A stretch of 64,000 nt of DNA, from the NCBI GenBank assembly GCA_951406725.2, contig OX597818.1, forward strand, positions 132,432,001-132,496,000. Reading direction: 5' to 3'. This stretch comes from Octopus vulgaris (lineage: Eukaryota). The notes under the pieces are model-generated. The model was not told the DNA's origin. It worked only from the letters and a program-made list of their open reading frames with translations, and did no database searches. Below are positions 12,585 to 26,862 of the stretch, piece by piece. The position numbers and the translations under genes were made by a program. How positions within the stretch are numbered: the first letter of the stretch is position 1; each line of letters opens with the position of its first letter.

Positions 12585-12850
12585 GTGTATGTGTATTTGT
12601 ATGTATGTATGTATGCATGTATGTATGTATGTATGTATGTATGTATGTATGTATGTATGTATGTATGTATGTATGTATGTATGTATGTATGTATGTATGC
12701 ATATATGTATATATATGTATGTTTGTATGTATGTAAGTATGTTTGTATGTATGTATGTATGTTTGTACATATGTATGTATGTATGCATGTATGTATATAT
12801 GTATGTTTGTATGTATGTAAGTATGTATGTATGTATCTATCTATGTATGC
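12585..12850. repeat. (TATG)n microsatellite
   Basis: Direct inspection. Confidence 0.95.
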
Positions 12851-13235
12851 GGTTCTGTTTATAATATTTAGCATATTTAGCTTTAACTTCCTGTTATTTA
12901 AAAGATATCTAATAAACTTGTTTAAACTGTGTTGATTTATTGAACAATTTTTGCTTTTTTTTAATCTTTCAATCGTAATTTTCATAATAGCTAAATTGAG
13001 AATTATTGCAAAATTGAAAATAATAAAGTAAAATTTAGATTTATATTATGAGTATATAGTAATTAATCCTATATAAGAAACTGAGTCATAGCCATGGAAT
13101 TAAGAGCTTCGCTTTGATTTATGTAGCTCCGAGTTCTCATTCTGTAACACATTGCATGATTCATATTGGTCAATATATTGCAAGGGGAACAAAAATAATT
13201 TGTTAAATAGAAACAGTGCAGAAACCCTTCATGTA

Positions 13236-13274
<39 letters not shown>

Positions 13275-13370
13275 CGGGAAGCTTTATGAAAATAAACAAA
13301 AGACGAAGGCAGGTGGAATACAAACAAACAATTGTATTAGTATGGCACTCAGGAATATAAATAAAACAAG

Positions 13371-13408
13371 TCTTTTACGTTTCGAGCCTATGCTCTTCAA
13401 CAGAAAGA
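13371..13408 (-). ncRNA. Minimal hammerhead-like motif (A6U variant) in a PLE-like fragment (13275-13470)
   Basis: Reverse complement reads tcttt-CTGTTGA-a-GAGC-atag-GCTC-GAAA-cg-TA-aaaga; perfect 5-bp stem I. Confidence 0.55.
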
Positions 13409-13468
13409 TACACAGAAAAGAAACACGGAGAGAAAAAAATGCGTGCAGAAGCTAGCGAATCAACATGG

Positions 13469-13510
<42 letters not shown>

Positions 13511-13519
<9 letters not shown>

Positions 13520-13691
13520 TGGGGCAGGCAACAGGTTGCTTGGCTGCATACTGAAAAATTAGAAATGTGAATTACAGGGATATGTCGTGTGTGGAGTCCC
13601 ACTTGTAGAAAATAAAATAAACAGTCTTGACTGCTATTTCTAATTTTTCGGTATGCGGTCAAGCAACCTGTTGCCTGCCCCATTTATTTAT
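13511..13691. repeat. Foldback element, about 56-bp arms
   Basis: 13511-13566 is the reverse complement of 13636-13691; shares a ctgctatttctaa motif with 53870-54091. Confidence 0.8.
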
Positions 13692-13842
13692 ATACAATAT
13701 ATATACTGAACTTTGCAGAAGTTCCTACTGTTAATCGGTTATATTTACATACCGAATTCTACCAGTAAATAATTGTTGGTTTTTTTAAAAACCATTATAG
13801 GAATTATTTACTCTTATCATATATATATATATACATACATAC

Positions 13843-13873
<31 letters not shown>

Positions 13874-14632
13874 AAATACAAAATGGGACAAGAGCACAAA
13901 ACATCCAGACAACTAGGTGATACAAAAAGGGACAACAAAACACCCAGATAGACGACACAAATAAACAAGGACGGGTCATATGAAGCTTTCTATGCTCAGT
14001 CAAGAATCAGATCATCCTCACAATTTCGGCTGATTAATCTTGAGATTGCTCCAATCTGGCCAACCCCAAGGAAAAACTAAGAGCATTAGATATCTTGGAA
14101 GAAAGTATCAAATGTATACGAAAACAAGGACAGAAAAACAGACAATGTTACACAAATATAATTACATAATAAAATAAAAATAATAATAACAGGTCTCTTT
14201 GTTGCAATCAATATATTTAGAAGCTATGAGTCTCATGTAATAGGAGTGGAGGAGCTGCACTCTGTTGCTCACAGTCTTTAACCAAAGTTCAGTATCAAGG
14301 ACAGGACGTCTATTGTTATTGGGTGTCTAGTGGGGTAATCTATTGTTGCCTTGATACTTTGGTGGACGGAGTTAGCTATATGCTGGATGCTCTCCATTGT
14401 GCTTTTCTCGGATTCTACACTAGAGTTACTAGAGTTTGTCCTAACTAGAATATTAATGTCATCTACATACCTACCGTAAAGTAAAACAGTTGCATATATA
14501 TATGTGTGTATATATATATATATATATGTGTATGTATATGTGTGTGTGTGTATGTGTGTATGTGTGTGTATATATATATATATATATATACATATATATA
14601 TACATATATATATATATATGTATGTATCTATG

Positions 14633-14675
<43 letters not shown>

Positions 14676-14954
14676 CTATGTATGTATATATTTATATATA
14701 TATATGTATATATATATATACAGGAAATAGGTGTACATTAAGAGTGAAGAGTCACATTTTGTGAATTACAAATACAAAAATGTAATTAAAACAAATTTAT
14801 TAATCTTTTTAATCCCTCTGTGAATTTTGGGCCACCCTGTATAGACACACACACAGACACACACACACGCGCGTGTGCGCACACACGCGTGTGCGCACAC
14901 ACACACACACACACTCATGCACACACCCATATAGATACATACTGAAAGACACTT

Positions 14955-16960
14955 ATTGACATTCATTGATCATTTCAGGAAGTAGCTTGAAGCTATTCTA
15001 CTGGCCAAAACCACAGCAGAAGCAAGGGACAAGAATTCAACATAAAACTGCACAGTTCTGCATGCCTGATGCAGTCGTGACAAACAATTTACTTCAGTTT
15101 CAATCAATTCCCTTCAATTTGCTGACATGTTTCCTACGTTAGTAAGGAGTTCACATTAGTGTTTACCATCCTTCATTGACTACAGTCAGTGAAATGATCG
15201 ATGATTCCGTAGACAATTGTCTTCCACTTTTGAAGCATAAACTGATAACATAAATTGGTTAGAATACCTTATCTTGTTCTTCTGGGTACTGATTCCAAAG
15301 TTCAAGATGGAATCGGTTGTACATCAGCCAAACTTGTCTATGGTAATATTTTTACATTACCTGTTCAAATGATTTCACCTGTCTTTTCTCAGAAGGTTCC
15401 AGATCTAGAAAGTTCTGTGCATTAACTTTAAATCTACAGTCCTAGTCTGCTACCATCCATTACTGCTCATTCATTAGCAACCCCTACTGTTGTACTGACC
15501 AACGTTTAATAATGATCACATGTCTTCAGTTTCAGTGGATTCAAAAGCAATTTTGACCGCTATATTGCAGTTCATTTAAAGTATAAGGTGATCGGGCTGA
15601 ATTTGATGACATTCTGTGTCTTTTATTTTAGAAACAGCTTAATGTATTGGAGAGCATAAAGCTTAAAGTTGTAGCTGAGAAAAGGTTAGCTAACATAAAG
15701 GACTGAAAATTATACAAAGATTAGAGAAGATTTAGCTGTATCACTATGATTTGCACTAGGTATTAAAATGCTGACATCATGACAGCTGCTCAATGTTCTG
15801 TGAACTCTGTAAAACTGATTTCCCCCAAACTGTTATGGCGTTTAGGTAAAGGTGAGGTCAAGCTGCCTCACATCTTTGAATACGGCCTCAGGCTCAATTC
15901 AGATGGTTCTGTGAAGCTGTTGTAGAGTTGCTGCTGGAAGGCCATATGTGTGGCAGCAAGATTCATTTACTTCCTATTCCACTGGAAAGAGTCAGAAGTG
16001 GTTGTCAGACAAGGCAGCGAGCTGGCAGGGAACATTAGCATGCTGGGTGAAATGCTTAACGGTATTTCGTTAAGCACCGTAAGGCGGCGAGCTGGCAGAA
16101 ACGTTAGCGCGCCGGGCGAAATGCTTAGCAGTATTTCATCTGCCGCTACGTTCTGAGTTCGAATTTTGCCGAGGTCGACTTTGCCTTTCATCCTTTCGGG
16201 GTCGATAAATTAAGTACCAGTTACGCACTGGGGGGTCGATATAAAACGACTTAATCCATCTGTCTGTCCTTGTTTGCCTCCTCTGTGTTTAGCCCCTTGT
16301 GGGTAGTAAAGAAATAGGTATTTCGTCTGCCGTTATGTTCTGAGTTCAAATTCTGCTGAGGTCGACTTTGCCTTTCATCCTTTCGGGGTCGATAGATTAA
16401 GTACCAGTTACGCACTGGGGGTCGATATAAAATGTCTGTCCTTGTTTGTCTCCTCTGTGTTTAGCCCCTTGAGGGTAGTAAAGAAATAGGTATTTCGTCT
16501 GCCGTTATGTTTTGAGTTCAAATTCTGCCAAGGTCGACTTTGCCTTTCATCCTTTCAGGGTCGATAAATTAAGTACCAGTTACGCACTGGGGGTCGATAT
16601 AAAACAACTTAATCCATCTGTCTGTCCTTGTTTGTCTCCTCTGTGTTTAGCCCCTTGAGGGTAGTAAAGAAATAGGTATTTCGTCTGCCGTTATGTTCTG
16701 AGTTCAAATTCTGCTGAGGTCGACTTTGCCTTTCATTCTTTCGGAGTCGATTAAATAAGTACCAGTTACACACTGTAGTTGATATAATCAACTTAATCCG
16801 TTTGTCTGTTCTTGTTTGTCCCCTCTGTGTGAAGACCCTTGTGGGCAGTAAAGAAATAAGAAGTGGTTGTCAGATCATTTCTATGACTTCATCATCCCCA
16901 ATTACTGGCTTCCTGATTGTAAAATATACTGTTTTCATTCTAGATATATTAATTTAACTT
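14955..16960 (-). mobile_element. Possible highly degenerate LINE remnant (host of the SINE C array)
   Basis: Only weak endonuclease-like remnants on minus (IGDD, LDLTFT, SCH); many stops. Confidence 0.3.
16011..16858 (+). mobile_element. SINE family C nested/concatemeric array (2 heads, 4 bodies)
   Basis: Junctions aaagaaata|ggtatttcgt at 16317, 16489 and 16675; 16-bp TSD agaagtggttgtcaga at 15994-16009 and 16859-16874. Confidence 0.9.
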
Positions 16961-17118
16961 GATTGCTATAAATTGTGAAGTTATGTAGAGATTTCTACTC
17001 TGGCTCCAATTGTTTTTTTTCTGGTAACATTGGAGCAGTTTTGTGTAAGTAGATTAATGACAAAAATGGATGCAGTAAAATATATTGCTCTTCAAATAAA
17101 CCTTATTTTAATTGAATC

Positions 17119-17450
17119 AATCATCATCATCATCATTGTTCGACCATGGTCGAGACAATGGAATTTACCATGCTACGCCAGTCTTCACGGTCCATCATGG
17201 CATTACGGAGGTCCTGTTGCTGGATGCCTGTATCCCTGGAGATTACATCAGGGTAGGAGAGTGTGCGCCCTCTGGTATTGCGAGTAGATGGCTTCCAGAG
17301 GAGAAGAGTAGAAATTACTGCTTTTTCAGCTCTACAACAATGTCCAGCAAACTGGACTCTCCTACCTTTCACTGGTTGACGTCCAGCGGGAACAGCTTTG
17401 TTTCATGGAGGAGGAAAGATCTTCTTTAGTACTTGGTTGTACAATGCTTT
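17119..17450 (-). mobile_element. RTE-group LINE 3' end
   Basis: RRVQFAGHCCR...MMDREDWR C-terminus followed immediately by a (GAT)n tail. Confidence 0.8.
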
Positions 17451-17607
17451 CCAATGTGTGTAGTAGTGGTGCGCGCACACATTATTAGTCATTTGAAAAG
17501 ACTATGGAATTGAATCAAACCTGTTGAAGTTTCATGTGAAACTCAACTGTACAACTTATAATAAATATATGGAGCAGTGAGAACATGATCAGCCTTATTT
17601 GGCTATT

Positions 17608-19037
17608 CAGCTCTAAAGAATTTTAATAACATGGGTTAGGACTCAGGAGAAGTGTTTGCAGGTGTTAGATGTATCCAGGCTCAGAAGTATTTTGTACCTC
17701 ACTTAACATTTTATGTATTGAAAACTACCAATCACTGAAGGAAATGAACATGAAAGGAATTTCACAGTCCTGATTCACAGAGGCTAATTAGCCCAAACAG
17801 ATTTAAATAACATGGGTTAGGGCCTATGAGAAGTGATTGCCAGTGTTGCATATACTCAGGCTCAGAAATATTTTTGTACCTCACAAAATGTTTTACATAT
17901 TGAAAACTACCAATTACAGAAAGAGATGGACACGAAAGGAATTTCACAGTCCTGATTCACAGAGGCTATTTAGCCCAAACAAATTTGAATAACATGAGTT
18001 AGGGCCTATGAGAAGTGATTGCCAGTGTTGCATGTACTCAGGCTCAGAAATATTTTTGTACCTTACAAAATGTTTTACATATTGAAAACTATCAATTACA
18101 GAAAGAGATGGACACGAAAGGAATTTCACAGTCCTGATTCACAGAGGCTATTTAGCCCAAACAAATTTAAATAACATGGGTTAGGGCCTATGAGAAGTGA
18201 CTGCCAATGTTGCATATACTCAGGCTCAGAAATATTTTTGTACCTCACAAAATGTTTTACATATTGAAAACTACCAATTACAGAAAGAGATGGACACGAA
18301 AGGAATTTCACAGTCCTGATTCACAGAGGCTATTTAGCCCAAACAAATTTAAATAACATGGGTTAGGGCCTATGAGAAGTGATTGCCAGTGTTGCATGTA
18401 CTCAGGCTCAGAAATATTTTTGTACCTTACAAAATGTTTTACATATTGAAAACTATCAATTACAGAAAGAGATGGACACGAAAGGAATTTCAGTCCTGAT
18501 TCACAGAGGCTATTTAGCCCAAACAAATTTAAATAACATGAGTTAGGGCCTATGAGAAGTGATTGCCAGTGTTGCATGTACTCAGGCTCAGAAATATTTT
18601 TGTACCTCACAAAATGTTTTACATATTGAAAACTACCTATCACAGAAAGAGATGGACACAAAAGGAATTTCACAGTCCTGATTCACAGAGGCTATTTAGC
18701 CCAAACAAATTTAAATAACATGAGTTAGGGCCTATGAGAAGTGATTGCCAGTGTTGCATGTACTCAGGCTCAGAAATATTTTTGTACCTCACAAGATGTT
18801 TTACATATTGAAAACTACCAATTACAAAAAGAAATGGACACGAAAGGAATTTCACAGTCCTGATTCACAGAGGCTATTTAACCCAAACAAATTTGAATAA
18901 CATGGGTTAGAGCCTATGAGAAGTGATTGCCAGTGTTGCATGTACTCAGGTTCAGAAATATTTTTGTACCTTAAAAAATGTTTTACATATTGAAAACTAC
19001 CAATTACAGAAAGAAATGGACACGAAAGGAATTTCAC
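17608..19037. repeat. 182-bp tandem array: 7 near-identical units plus 1 diverged unit
   Basis: Units start at about 17761, 17943, 18125, 18307, 18489 (180 bp), 18669 and 18851; diverged unit at about 17608-17760. Confidence 0.95.
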
Positions 19038-20009
19038 TGGAGGCTATCCTCTAGGCACATAATAATCTGTTGTTGTCTAGTTAATATGACCTCAGATTCA
19101 GAAGAGTAGCACCCATAGGCAACCATTACATAGAAAATTCAATATGGTCACTCTGTCTTTATCATAAGTCATGTTGGCCTTAAATTTAGGACTTAGGCCA
19201 GATTTTAAATTTATTAATGTTTGATTGTTGAAGGGGTTTTTCACTTCTGCATTGTTGAAGGGTGATTAACTATGGGGACCGAACACCACCCCACAAATGC
19301 ATACATAAACACCCACGAGTTCTTTGTTGTGTGTATAGTTTTTCATTGTTATTATTATTATTACCATCTCATTAGGCAAGTGCTGTATGAATTTGTTGAT
19401 ATGAATTCAAACTGCATGCTGTTCTACCCCCATAATGACCCTCTTCATTACTCTCCCTCTCTCTCTCTCTCACACACACACATACACACACAAACTCGCA
19501 CCACTTTAATCACCTGGTTGATTAGATTTTTTTTTTTTTGGCATTTTGGCTTTGCTTCACACACCTCTAAAATTATGAATGGAAATTGTTTTTAATAAAC
19601 AAACAAAAAAAAAAGATGAATCACTATTGTTTTTGCCGTTGTTGTTGCGTTGTTGTTGTTGTTGTTGTTGTTATTGGTGGAAGTATAAATCAAAATTAAA
19701 TAAGAAATAAACAACTAAAATGGACAGTTGTAAAGAAATCAACAACAATAACAAATACAAAAAGAAGAAAACAAACGTAAAAGATGATTAGTGTAAGGTC
19801 AATAAACTCATAACTAAAATGTAAGGGAACTACTATGAAGATAAAGGAACTAGTTGCCCCCCAAAAAAGAGAGTTTGTGTGTATGGGCAGGGTTGGGTGC
19901 ACGGGGGGTAGGGGATAAAATGGAAATTAAAATGAAGAATGATTAGAAAATGGATCAGAATGAGAAGGTATTAGCATGGTGGAATAAACAGCAAGTGAGA
20001 CAAGAGAAT

Positions 20010-20047
<38 letters not shown>

Positions 20048-20460
20048 AGATTGGTAGAGACAAATGCTATTTGAATATTCAACTACTTCATCCTAAGCAC
20101 TTGAGACAAAGAAGTCAAGACTGAATTGGGTTCGACACACAGGGTTTGATAAAAACCAAAAAAAAAGCAAAGGAAAAGAAAAATACTTTTTAAAAACTTT
20201 TACTCATAATTTTTGCGTTTTTTTTTTCCCCCTAAAAAATTTTAAGGAAAAATTTTTTTATAAAGAATTTACAAACAACAACAACAAAAAAGAATTCTTT
20301 TCCCTCAACTTCAGATTTGTTAACAAAAAGTTTTCAAAATTTTTAGGAAATTTCAAATTTGAATATGAAATTTAATATAGACCTACAAACACACACACAC
20401 ACACATATAGAGACACAAATTTGCTCACACACAAACATACATAAACATATACACACACAC

Positions 20461-20522
<62 letters not shown>

Positions 20523-21332
20523 GTTGTATGTGTCTTTTTCCTGAGTTGATGTATTTTAAGCAATGTCCTTTCACTCTTCACTGGTCTAAAATAGGATTTA
20601 CTTGAAAGAAGCAAATTAAATTTTTCAAATTTAAAATTAAATAGAATTTTCTCATTGCTTAATTGATTTGAATAATTTATTCCAGACCACCCTTAACCAA
20701 GCTATATTTCTTTTTTTCTTTTCTTTTTGTTATTGAATTTAAGAAAAAAAAATTGTATTTTCCTAATGTCATTTTAATTTTTCTCACCATTTCTACCCCT
20801 TTCTTTTGTTTTTAAACATTCATTTCTCCTTCTCATTGTTTTCATTTATATATTTATTTGAGAATTTTTTTCTACCCCCTCAACCTGTTCTGTTATTCCC
20901 AAGTACCCAACTCCCTTTTCTTCACCTCTACTTTCCAACTTTCACTTGGGTTTAATCCTCCAAAGCAACTGGTTTACTTCCACATTAATATTAGCAACCA
21001 TTGTTTCAATGTGCTTTATCTCTCCATGCAACTAATTTTTAATGTTCACTCTTCATCACTGCTTATTTCTCTCTCTCTCTTCCTTTCTCTCTTCACCATC
21101 ATGCTTTCTGTCTTTCAATGCAGTTTTATAACTACATGAAATAATTCTTTCATAAATTATCATTTTTAATTCTTAAATCCTCCTCAAAAATACAGGAAAA
21201 TATCATATCAAAGTTATATGAAGCTCTAAAACTGTGCTAACATTATATATTAACCCCAAAACGTTGTTAGTATTTAACTAAAATATACTTAAAAAAAACT
21301 ATTAAAAATAAAGCTAGCAAACGGTATCAAAG

Positions 21333-21544
21333 CAGGCAGAAACGTTAGCATGCCGGACAAAATGCTTAGCGGTATATCGTCTGTCATTATGTTCTGAGTT
21401 CAAATTCCGCCAAGGTCGACTTTGCCTTTCATCCTTTCAGGGTCGATAAATTAAGTCCCAGTTTCGCACTGGGGTCGATGTAATCGACTTAATCCCTTTG
21501 TCTGTCCACTCTATGTTTAACCCCTTGTGGGTAGTAAAGAAATA
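21333..21544 (+). mobile_element. SINE family C monomer
   Basis: Homology to 8860-9097. Confidence 0.85.
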
Positions 21545-21612
21545 TATATCAAGGTTTCAGTAAAAGTGTACAAAAATTATACTGAATTTCATCAAACTTT
21601 TCTAAATTCAAA

Positions 21613-21749
21613 CTGTGGCTGTGTGGTAAGAAGCTTGCTTCCCAACCACATGGTTCTGGGTTCAGTCCCATTACATGTCACCTTGGGCAAGTGTCATATA
21701 CTGTAGCCTCAGGCAGACCAAACCCTTATGAAAACTGAAAGAAGCCCGT

Positions 21750-21780
<31 letters not shown>

Positions 21781-21919
21781 TTAAAAATTAGGATAAAATC
21801 TTAATAAGAAATCTTAATAAGAAATTATCAGGTAGTTAGTGTGAAAAACCTCATAAGAGAAAAAAATCTGTAAATTTTTTTTCACTTGAAAATATTTAAT
21901 TATATTATATATTTATATA

Positions 21920-21981
<62 letters not shown>

Positions 21982-22320
21982 ATGAGGGGTTCAGTTCCCT
22001 GATGATCTAAACCAGTAGGTACACTGAGTAAGAGCTATAACTGGTCATCTGTTAGGTTCCAAGATCACAGCTGAGGCTGGAGCTAGGGATCTGTAGTAGA
22101 CTTCCGGGTCACATATGTGTGTATGTGTATGTGTGTGTGTGTCTTTGTGTCTGCGTTTGTCTACCACACCACTTGACAACCAATATTGGTGTGTTTATGT
22201 CCCAAAAGAAAATTTAAAAATTAGTCCTGAGAACACTTTCTTTGACTAAAACCCTTCACGGTGGTGCCCCAGCATGGCCAAAGTGTAATGACAGAAACAA
22301 GTAAAAGACAAAAAAAGATA
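21613..22320 (+). mobile_element. SINE family B split by TA-flanked inserts (about 21780-22110)
   Basis: Head at 21613-21755 and tail at 22113-22320; the insert start resembles 2030-2120. Confidence 0.65.
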
Positions 22321-22406
22321 AGCAGAATTTTTTTTACCAAAAGTCCTAGAGAAGAGGAATAAGGGTATGTCTTTGATTTTTGTTTTTTATTTGTTTCAGT
22401 CATTAA

Positions 22407-22608
22407 CCCTTTAGTGTTCAGGTTATTCAATCAAACATAATGCCTATTGATTCCCATTGATTTGAATTAATCTTCAAGATCTTGATGGTGTAATTACTTA
22501 ATGTAGAATAACATTGTAAAGTAGGTGTGAGAGCCTGGATCTGGTCAGTTTGAACATAAAACAGACTAGCTATTTTGGCCGGATATGGCCAGTTTAAATA
22601 CTAAAGGG
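22407..22608. mobile_element. piggyBac-type MITE
   Basis: TTAA|CCCTTTAG...CTAAAGGG|TTAA, inserted in a SINE B tail; same family at 46320 and 57391. Confidence 0.85.
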
Positions 22609-22774
22609 TTAAACTGTAACCATGCTGGGTCACTGTCTTAGATGTAAATTCATGCTTCCAAACCATGTGGTTTCAAGTTCAGTCCCACTGTATGGCATCT
22701 GGGCAATAGTCCTAGACCAACCAGTCTTGTGAGTGGATTTAGTAGATGGAAACTGAAAGAAGCCCATCATATGC

Positions 22775-22811
22775 ATGTATGTATGTATCTATCTGTCTGT
22801 CTGTCTGTCTA

Positions 22812-22858
<47 letters not shown>

Positions 22859-22859
22859 G

Positions 22860-22933
<74 letters not shown>

Positions 22934-22950
22934 CATCTATCCATCCATCC

Positions 22951-23028
<78 letters not shown>

Positions 23029-23043
23029 ATATCCATCTAACTA

Positions 23044-23110
<67 letters not shown>

Positions 23111-23115
23111 GTGTG
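22775..23115. repeat. (TCTA)n plus (GT)n microsatellites
   Basis: Direct inspection. Confidence 0.95.
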
Positions 23116-23159
23116 CCTGTGTTTCTGTGAGTGAATTTGTATTTGACTCATATTTGCGC

Positions 23160-24600
23160 TTACTTGCTGGCTTCCCTAACAATTCCAAACCTTGTGCCAA
23201 AATTTGAAGCCAATAATATATGAGCATGAGACAACCAGTTGCTGACAACAAGTTCTCATTGAGAATGGTGTCCCAAGGTTTTGGTAATGACTTAGCCCAT
23301 AGTAGACACTCCTATTTTGCAACTGAGTATCATGAAAATCAATGATGTTATTCTCTATTTGACAACATGTGCTCCGCTGAGAAAGATCTTGGTTTTGTAG
23401 AATATGATTCTATGTGCCTACTTTGGCCCTTATTATCATGAAAATCAATGATGTTATTCTCTCTTTGACAACATGTGCTCTGCTGAGAAAGATCTTGGTT
23501 TTGTAGAATATGATTCTATGTGCCTACTTTGGCCCTTATTTTATTTAAGCATGTTATACTATGATCTGGTTTTCCATCTTTGTTCCAGAACATAAGATAT
23601 TTAACTTTCTATTACATTCTTTCTTTCATAGATGGACTGCAGAAATCCATGTTCTCACAGGATTAGAAATTAAATAATTAAATAATTGTCTTTATAGTAA
23701 TAGCGTAGATTGTTTAAAGCAGCACTCAAGGTTGTTTTGTTGTTACTGAAACACCTATTCTTTGGTTTACTATACATTAATCATCATCATGAATAAAGTG
23801 CTTGTTATTAGCATCTTCGGTTGATCATTTGTGTAGATGTTGAACAACAATGAAGCCAGTAAATTACCCTGAGGTAAATCGCTTCGTAATTTTCTTATGC
23901 AGATCTTATTATTCAGCATGACAAAGAAGCATTTATTTCCTCTCACAACACCAATAAACCACATGAGATCTATATCATTTCTTCAATAAATTTTATCTCT
24001 TTCTTTACAATAAGTGGTGATTAGCTGTATGGTAAGCCATAGTGAGATCAACGAAAACAGCTCCTGTAATTTTCCTTTGTTCAAAGCCATCCTTTATATA
24101 CTGAGTGAGATTAAACAGTTGGTGCATGGTTGACTTTCCAGAATAGAATCCAGCTTGGGATTCACTTATTTATTTATTTATTTATTCCTTTATTTATCAA
24201 TTTATTCTTCTTTTTTTAATAAGGTGTTATTCAATAACGACTGAGATTCTTTTTACAATTAATCACTCAAAAAGCTGACAAAACAGGAATGCCAGTCAGA
24301 AACTCTTTGCTTGAGATGAATCTTTCTGATTTAAGAAGCATTATTACTGTGCCTTTTCTGTGGCCCTTTGGTTTGAAGTTGAGCAGTTATATTTATGCTT
24401 CATATCAAAAGTATTCTAACTTCTCCATAAAGTTGACAAGACTGTATAAAAAGATCCTTGTAAAACTGCAATTTGATTTGTGATAAGGACAGTTTGCAGT
24501 AATGTGATATTCTCTTACTATTCTCATTTTATCACATAGATTTTGAATGAGATGCAACACGTTTTGACTGCTTTTACCCACAGTTATGGATTTTTAAGCT
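23160..24600 (-). mobile_element. Degenerate LINE reverse transcriptase (Ingi/Vingi-like)
   Basis: Minus-strand peptides QLFNLTQYIKDGFEQRKITGAVFVDLT, LPQGNLLASLLFNIYTNDQP and RAKVGT*NHIL; clade assignment is tentative. Confidence 0.75.
23328..23540. repeat. 106-bp tandem duplication within the LINE remnant
   Basis: tatcatgaaaatc...ggcccttatt occurs at 23328 and 23434. Confidence 0.9.
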
Positions 24601-24613
24601 TGTCACTGAACTA

Positions 24614-24808
24614 ATCATCATCATTCATTCATCATTATCATTTAGCGTCCGCTTTCCATGCTAGCATGGGTTGGACGGTTCAACTGGGGTCTGGGAAGCC
24701 AGAAGGCTGCACCAGGCTCCAGTCTGATCTGGCAATGTTTCTACGGCTGGATGCCCTTCCTAATGCCAATCACTCCATGAGTGTAGTGGGTGCTTTTTAC
24801 GTGCCACC
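24614..24808 (-). mobile_element. Family D: RTE LINE 3' end with (GAT)n tail
   Basis: Same sequence as 45484-45730 and 55033-55328 in reverse. Confidence 0.8.
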
Positions 24809-24842
24809 TAAGAGAAAACATGAAAAAAGAAACCGGCATTAA

Positions 24843-25062
24843 GAAGCCTTTCTACTACAGGCACAAGGCCTGAAATTTTATTTTCGTGGGGATGCTAATT
24901 GATTATATCAATCTCAGTGCACAACTGGTACTTATTTCATTGACCCTGAAAGGATGAAAGGCAAAGTCGACCTTGGTGGAATTTGAACTTGGAACATAAG
25001 GGCAAATAAATGCCACTAAGCGTTTTGCCTGGCATGTAAATAATTCTGCCAGCTTACCACTT
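24843..25062 (-). mobile_element. SINE family C, older variant tail
   Basis: aaggatgaaaggcaaagtcgac core; variant tail also seen at about 42700-42990. Confidence 0.7.
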
Positions 25063-25199
25063 TAAAAACCAGCAGTAATAATATTCTCTGAAAATCGATC
25101 AATTTCAAATATTAGTTATTTTCTCTATGTAACATGAAGTTTTCCTTTGTAGGTCCATGTATTCATTTTCACAAATGTGGAGTATGTTTTTTTTCTTTA

Positions 25200-25394
25200 T
25201 TTTCCTTTCATCTTTTAATTGTGGTCATGTTGGGGCAATGCCTTGAAGAATTTTTGTGGAATGAATCAACTACAGTACATTTCTTTTTTAAACCTGGTAC
25301 TTATTGCATCATTCTCTTTTGCCAAACTGCTAAGTTATGAGGATGTAAACGCACCAGCACCAGTTGTCAAGCAATGGTGGGGGAACAACACATA

Positions 25395-25461
<67 letters not shown>

Positions 25462-25635
25462 ATGTATATATACGCATGATGAACTTTCAGTTTCATCAAC
25501 CAAATTCACTCACAAAGTTTTGGTCGACCTGAGGCTATAGAAGAAGACACTTGCCCAAGGTGCCACACAGAGGGACTGAACTTGGAGCCATGTGGTTGGA
25601 AAGCAAGCTTCTTACCACCCAGCTATGTCTGCACC
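25200..25635 (-). mobile_element. SINE family B (diverged)
   Basis: Homology to family B. Confidence 0.75.
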
Positions 25636-25911
25636 TATATTTTGGAGGCAGTGTGGTATTGGGCCAATAATAAAATGACTGAGAACTTTGACAATATGTT
25701 ATGCTTGAGTAGAAGACCAATCCAACCAAGTGAAATCGTAGTTGTGACAGATACTGGAGTCATGCAACTGACACCTGTGCTGGTGGCACATAAAAGCACC
25801 CATTACACTCACTGAGTGGTTGACATCAGGAAGGTCGTCCAGCCATAGAAATCATGCCAAATCAGTCTGGAGTCTGGTGCAGTCCCTCAGCTTATCAGTC
25901 CTGGTCAAACC

Positions 25912-26327
25912 TCTTTCTTTACTACCCACAAGGGGCTACACACAGAGGGAAAAAACAAGGACAAACAAACGGATTAAGTCGATTACATCGACCCCATTGC
26001 ATAACTGGTAGTTATTTAATCGACCCCGAAAGGATGAAAGGCAGAGTCGACCTCAGCGGAATTTGAACTCAGAACGTAGCGGCAGACGAAATACCTATTT
26101 CTTTATTACCCACAAGGGGCTAAACAAAGAGGGGACAAACAAGGACAAACAAACGGATTAAGTCGATTACATCGACCCCAGTGCATGACTGGTACTTATT
26201 TAATCGACCCCGAAAGGATGAAAGGCAAAGTCGACCTCGGCGGAATTTGAACTCAGAACGTAGCGGCAGACGAAATACCGCTTAGCATTTCGCCCGGCGT
26301 GATAATGTTTCTGCCAGTTTGCTGCCT
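25912..26327 (-). mobile_element. SINE family C dimer inserted in a family D copy (25670-26381)
   Basis: Junction at about 26095; TSD tggtcaaacc on both sides; family D resumes after the insertion. Confidence 0.88.
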
Positions 26328-26702
26328 TGGTCAAACCGTCCAATCTATGCTGGCATAGACAACGGACAGTAAATGATGATGTATTCCATGCTTTGGACTG
26401 AATTTTTACAATAGCAGGAGTTATGGATTTTAGTTTTTGTCACAGGGAGTTTAATGTCATGATAGTACTTCATAAAACCTCATTCTTCTCTCTTGGGTAC
26501 TGGTATTATACAACCCTCTCTCCCCAAATATCTATTGCCTTTTGTTGGAATAGAACATTGTAGGCCTACAGGAGTACATTGTTGAAATTCTTCTAGTTTG
26601 TAGATCTGTCAGGGACGCTATCCAGACAACAAGCTCTGCAATTCTGGATTGAACTGAGGGTATTTGTAGTTCAAAAATGGAGGAGGAAATTATCTTTATT
26701 TA

Positions 26703-26816
<114 letters not shown>

Positions 26817-26862
26817 TATATATATACATATATGTATATGTATATATATGTATATATATATA

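Noticed and set aside
14719-14840. Tc1/mariner-like end (ttttgggccaccctgta)
   Set aside because: Only one convincing terminus was found, so an element cannot be delimited
17762-19037. Repeated 61-aa ORFs (MKFLSCPSLSV...) suggesting a peptide gene cluster or CRISPR-like array
   Set aside because: They start at GTG, result from a 182-bp repeat that shifts frame each unit, and have no unique spacers or cas genes; eukaryotic satellite context
21996-22080. CTGATGA hammerhead-like start
   Set aside because: No GAAA or matching stem I follows; too decayed to call (likewise about 5500-5540 and 30594-30640)
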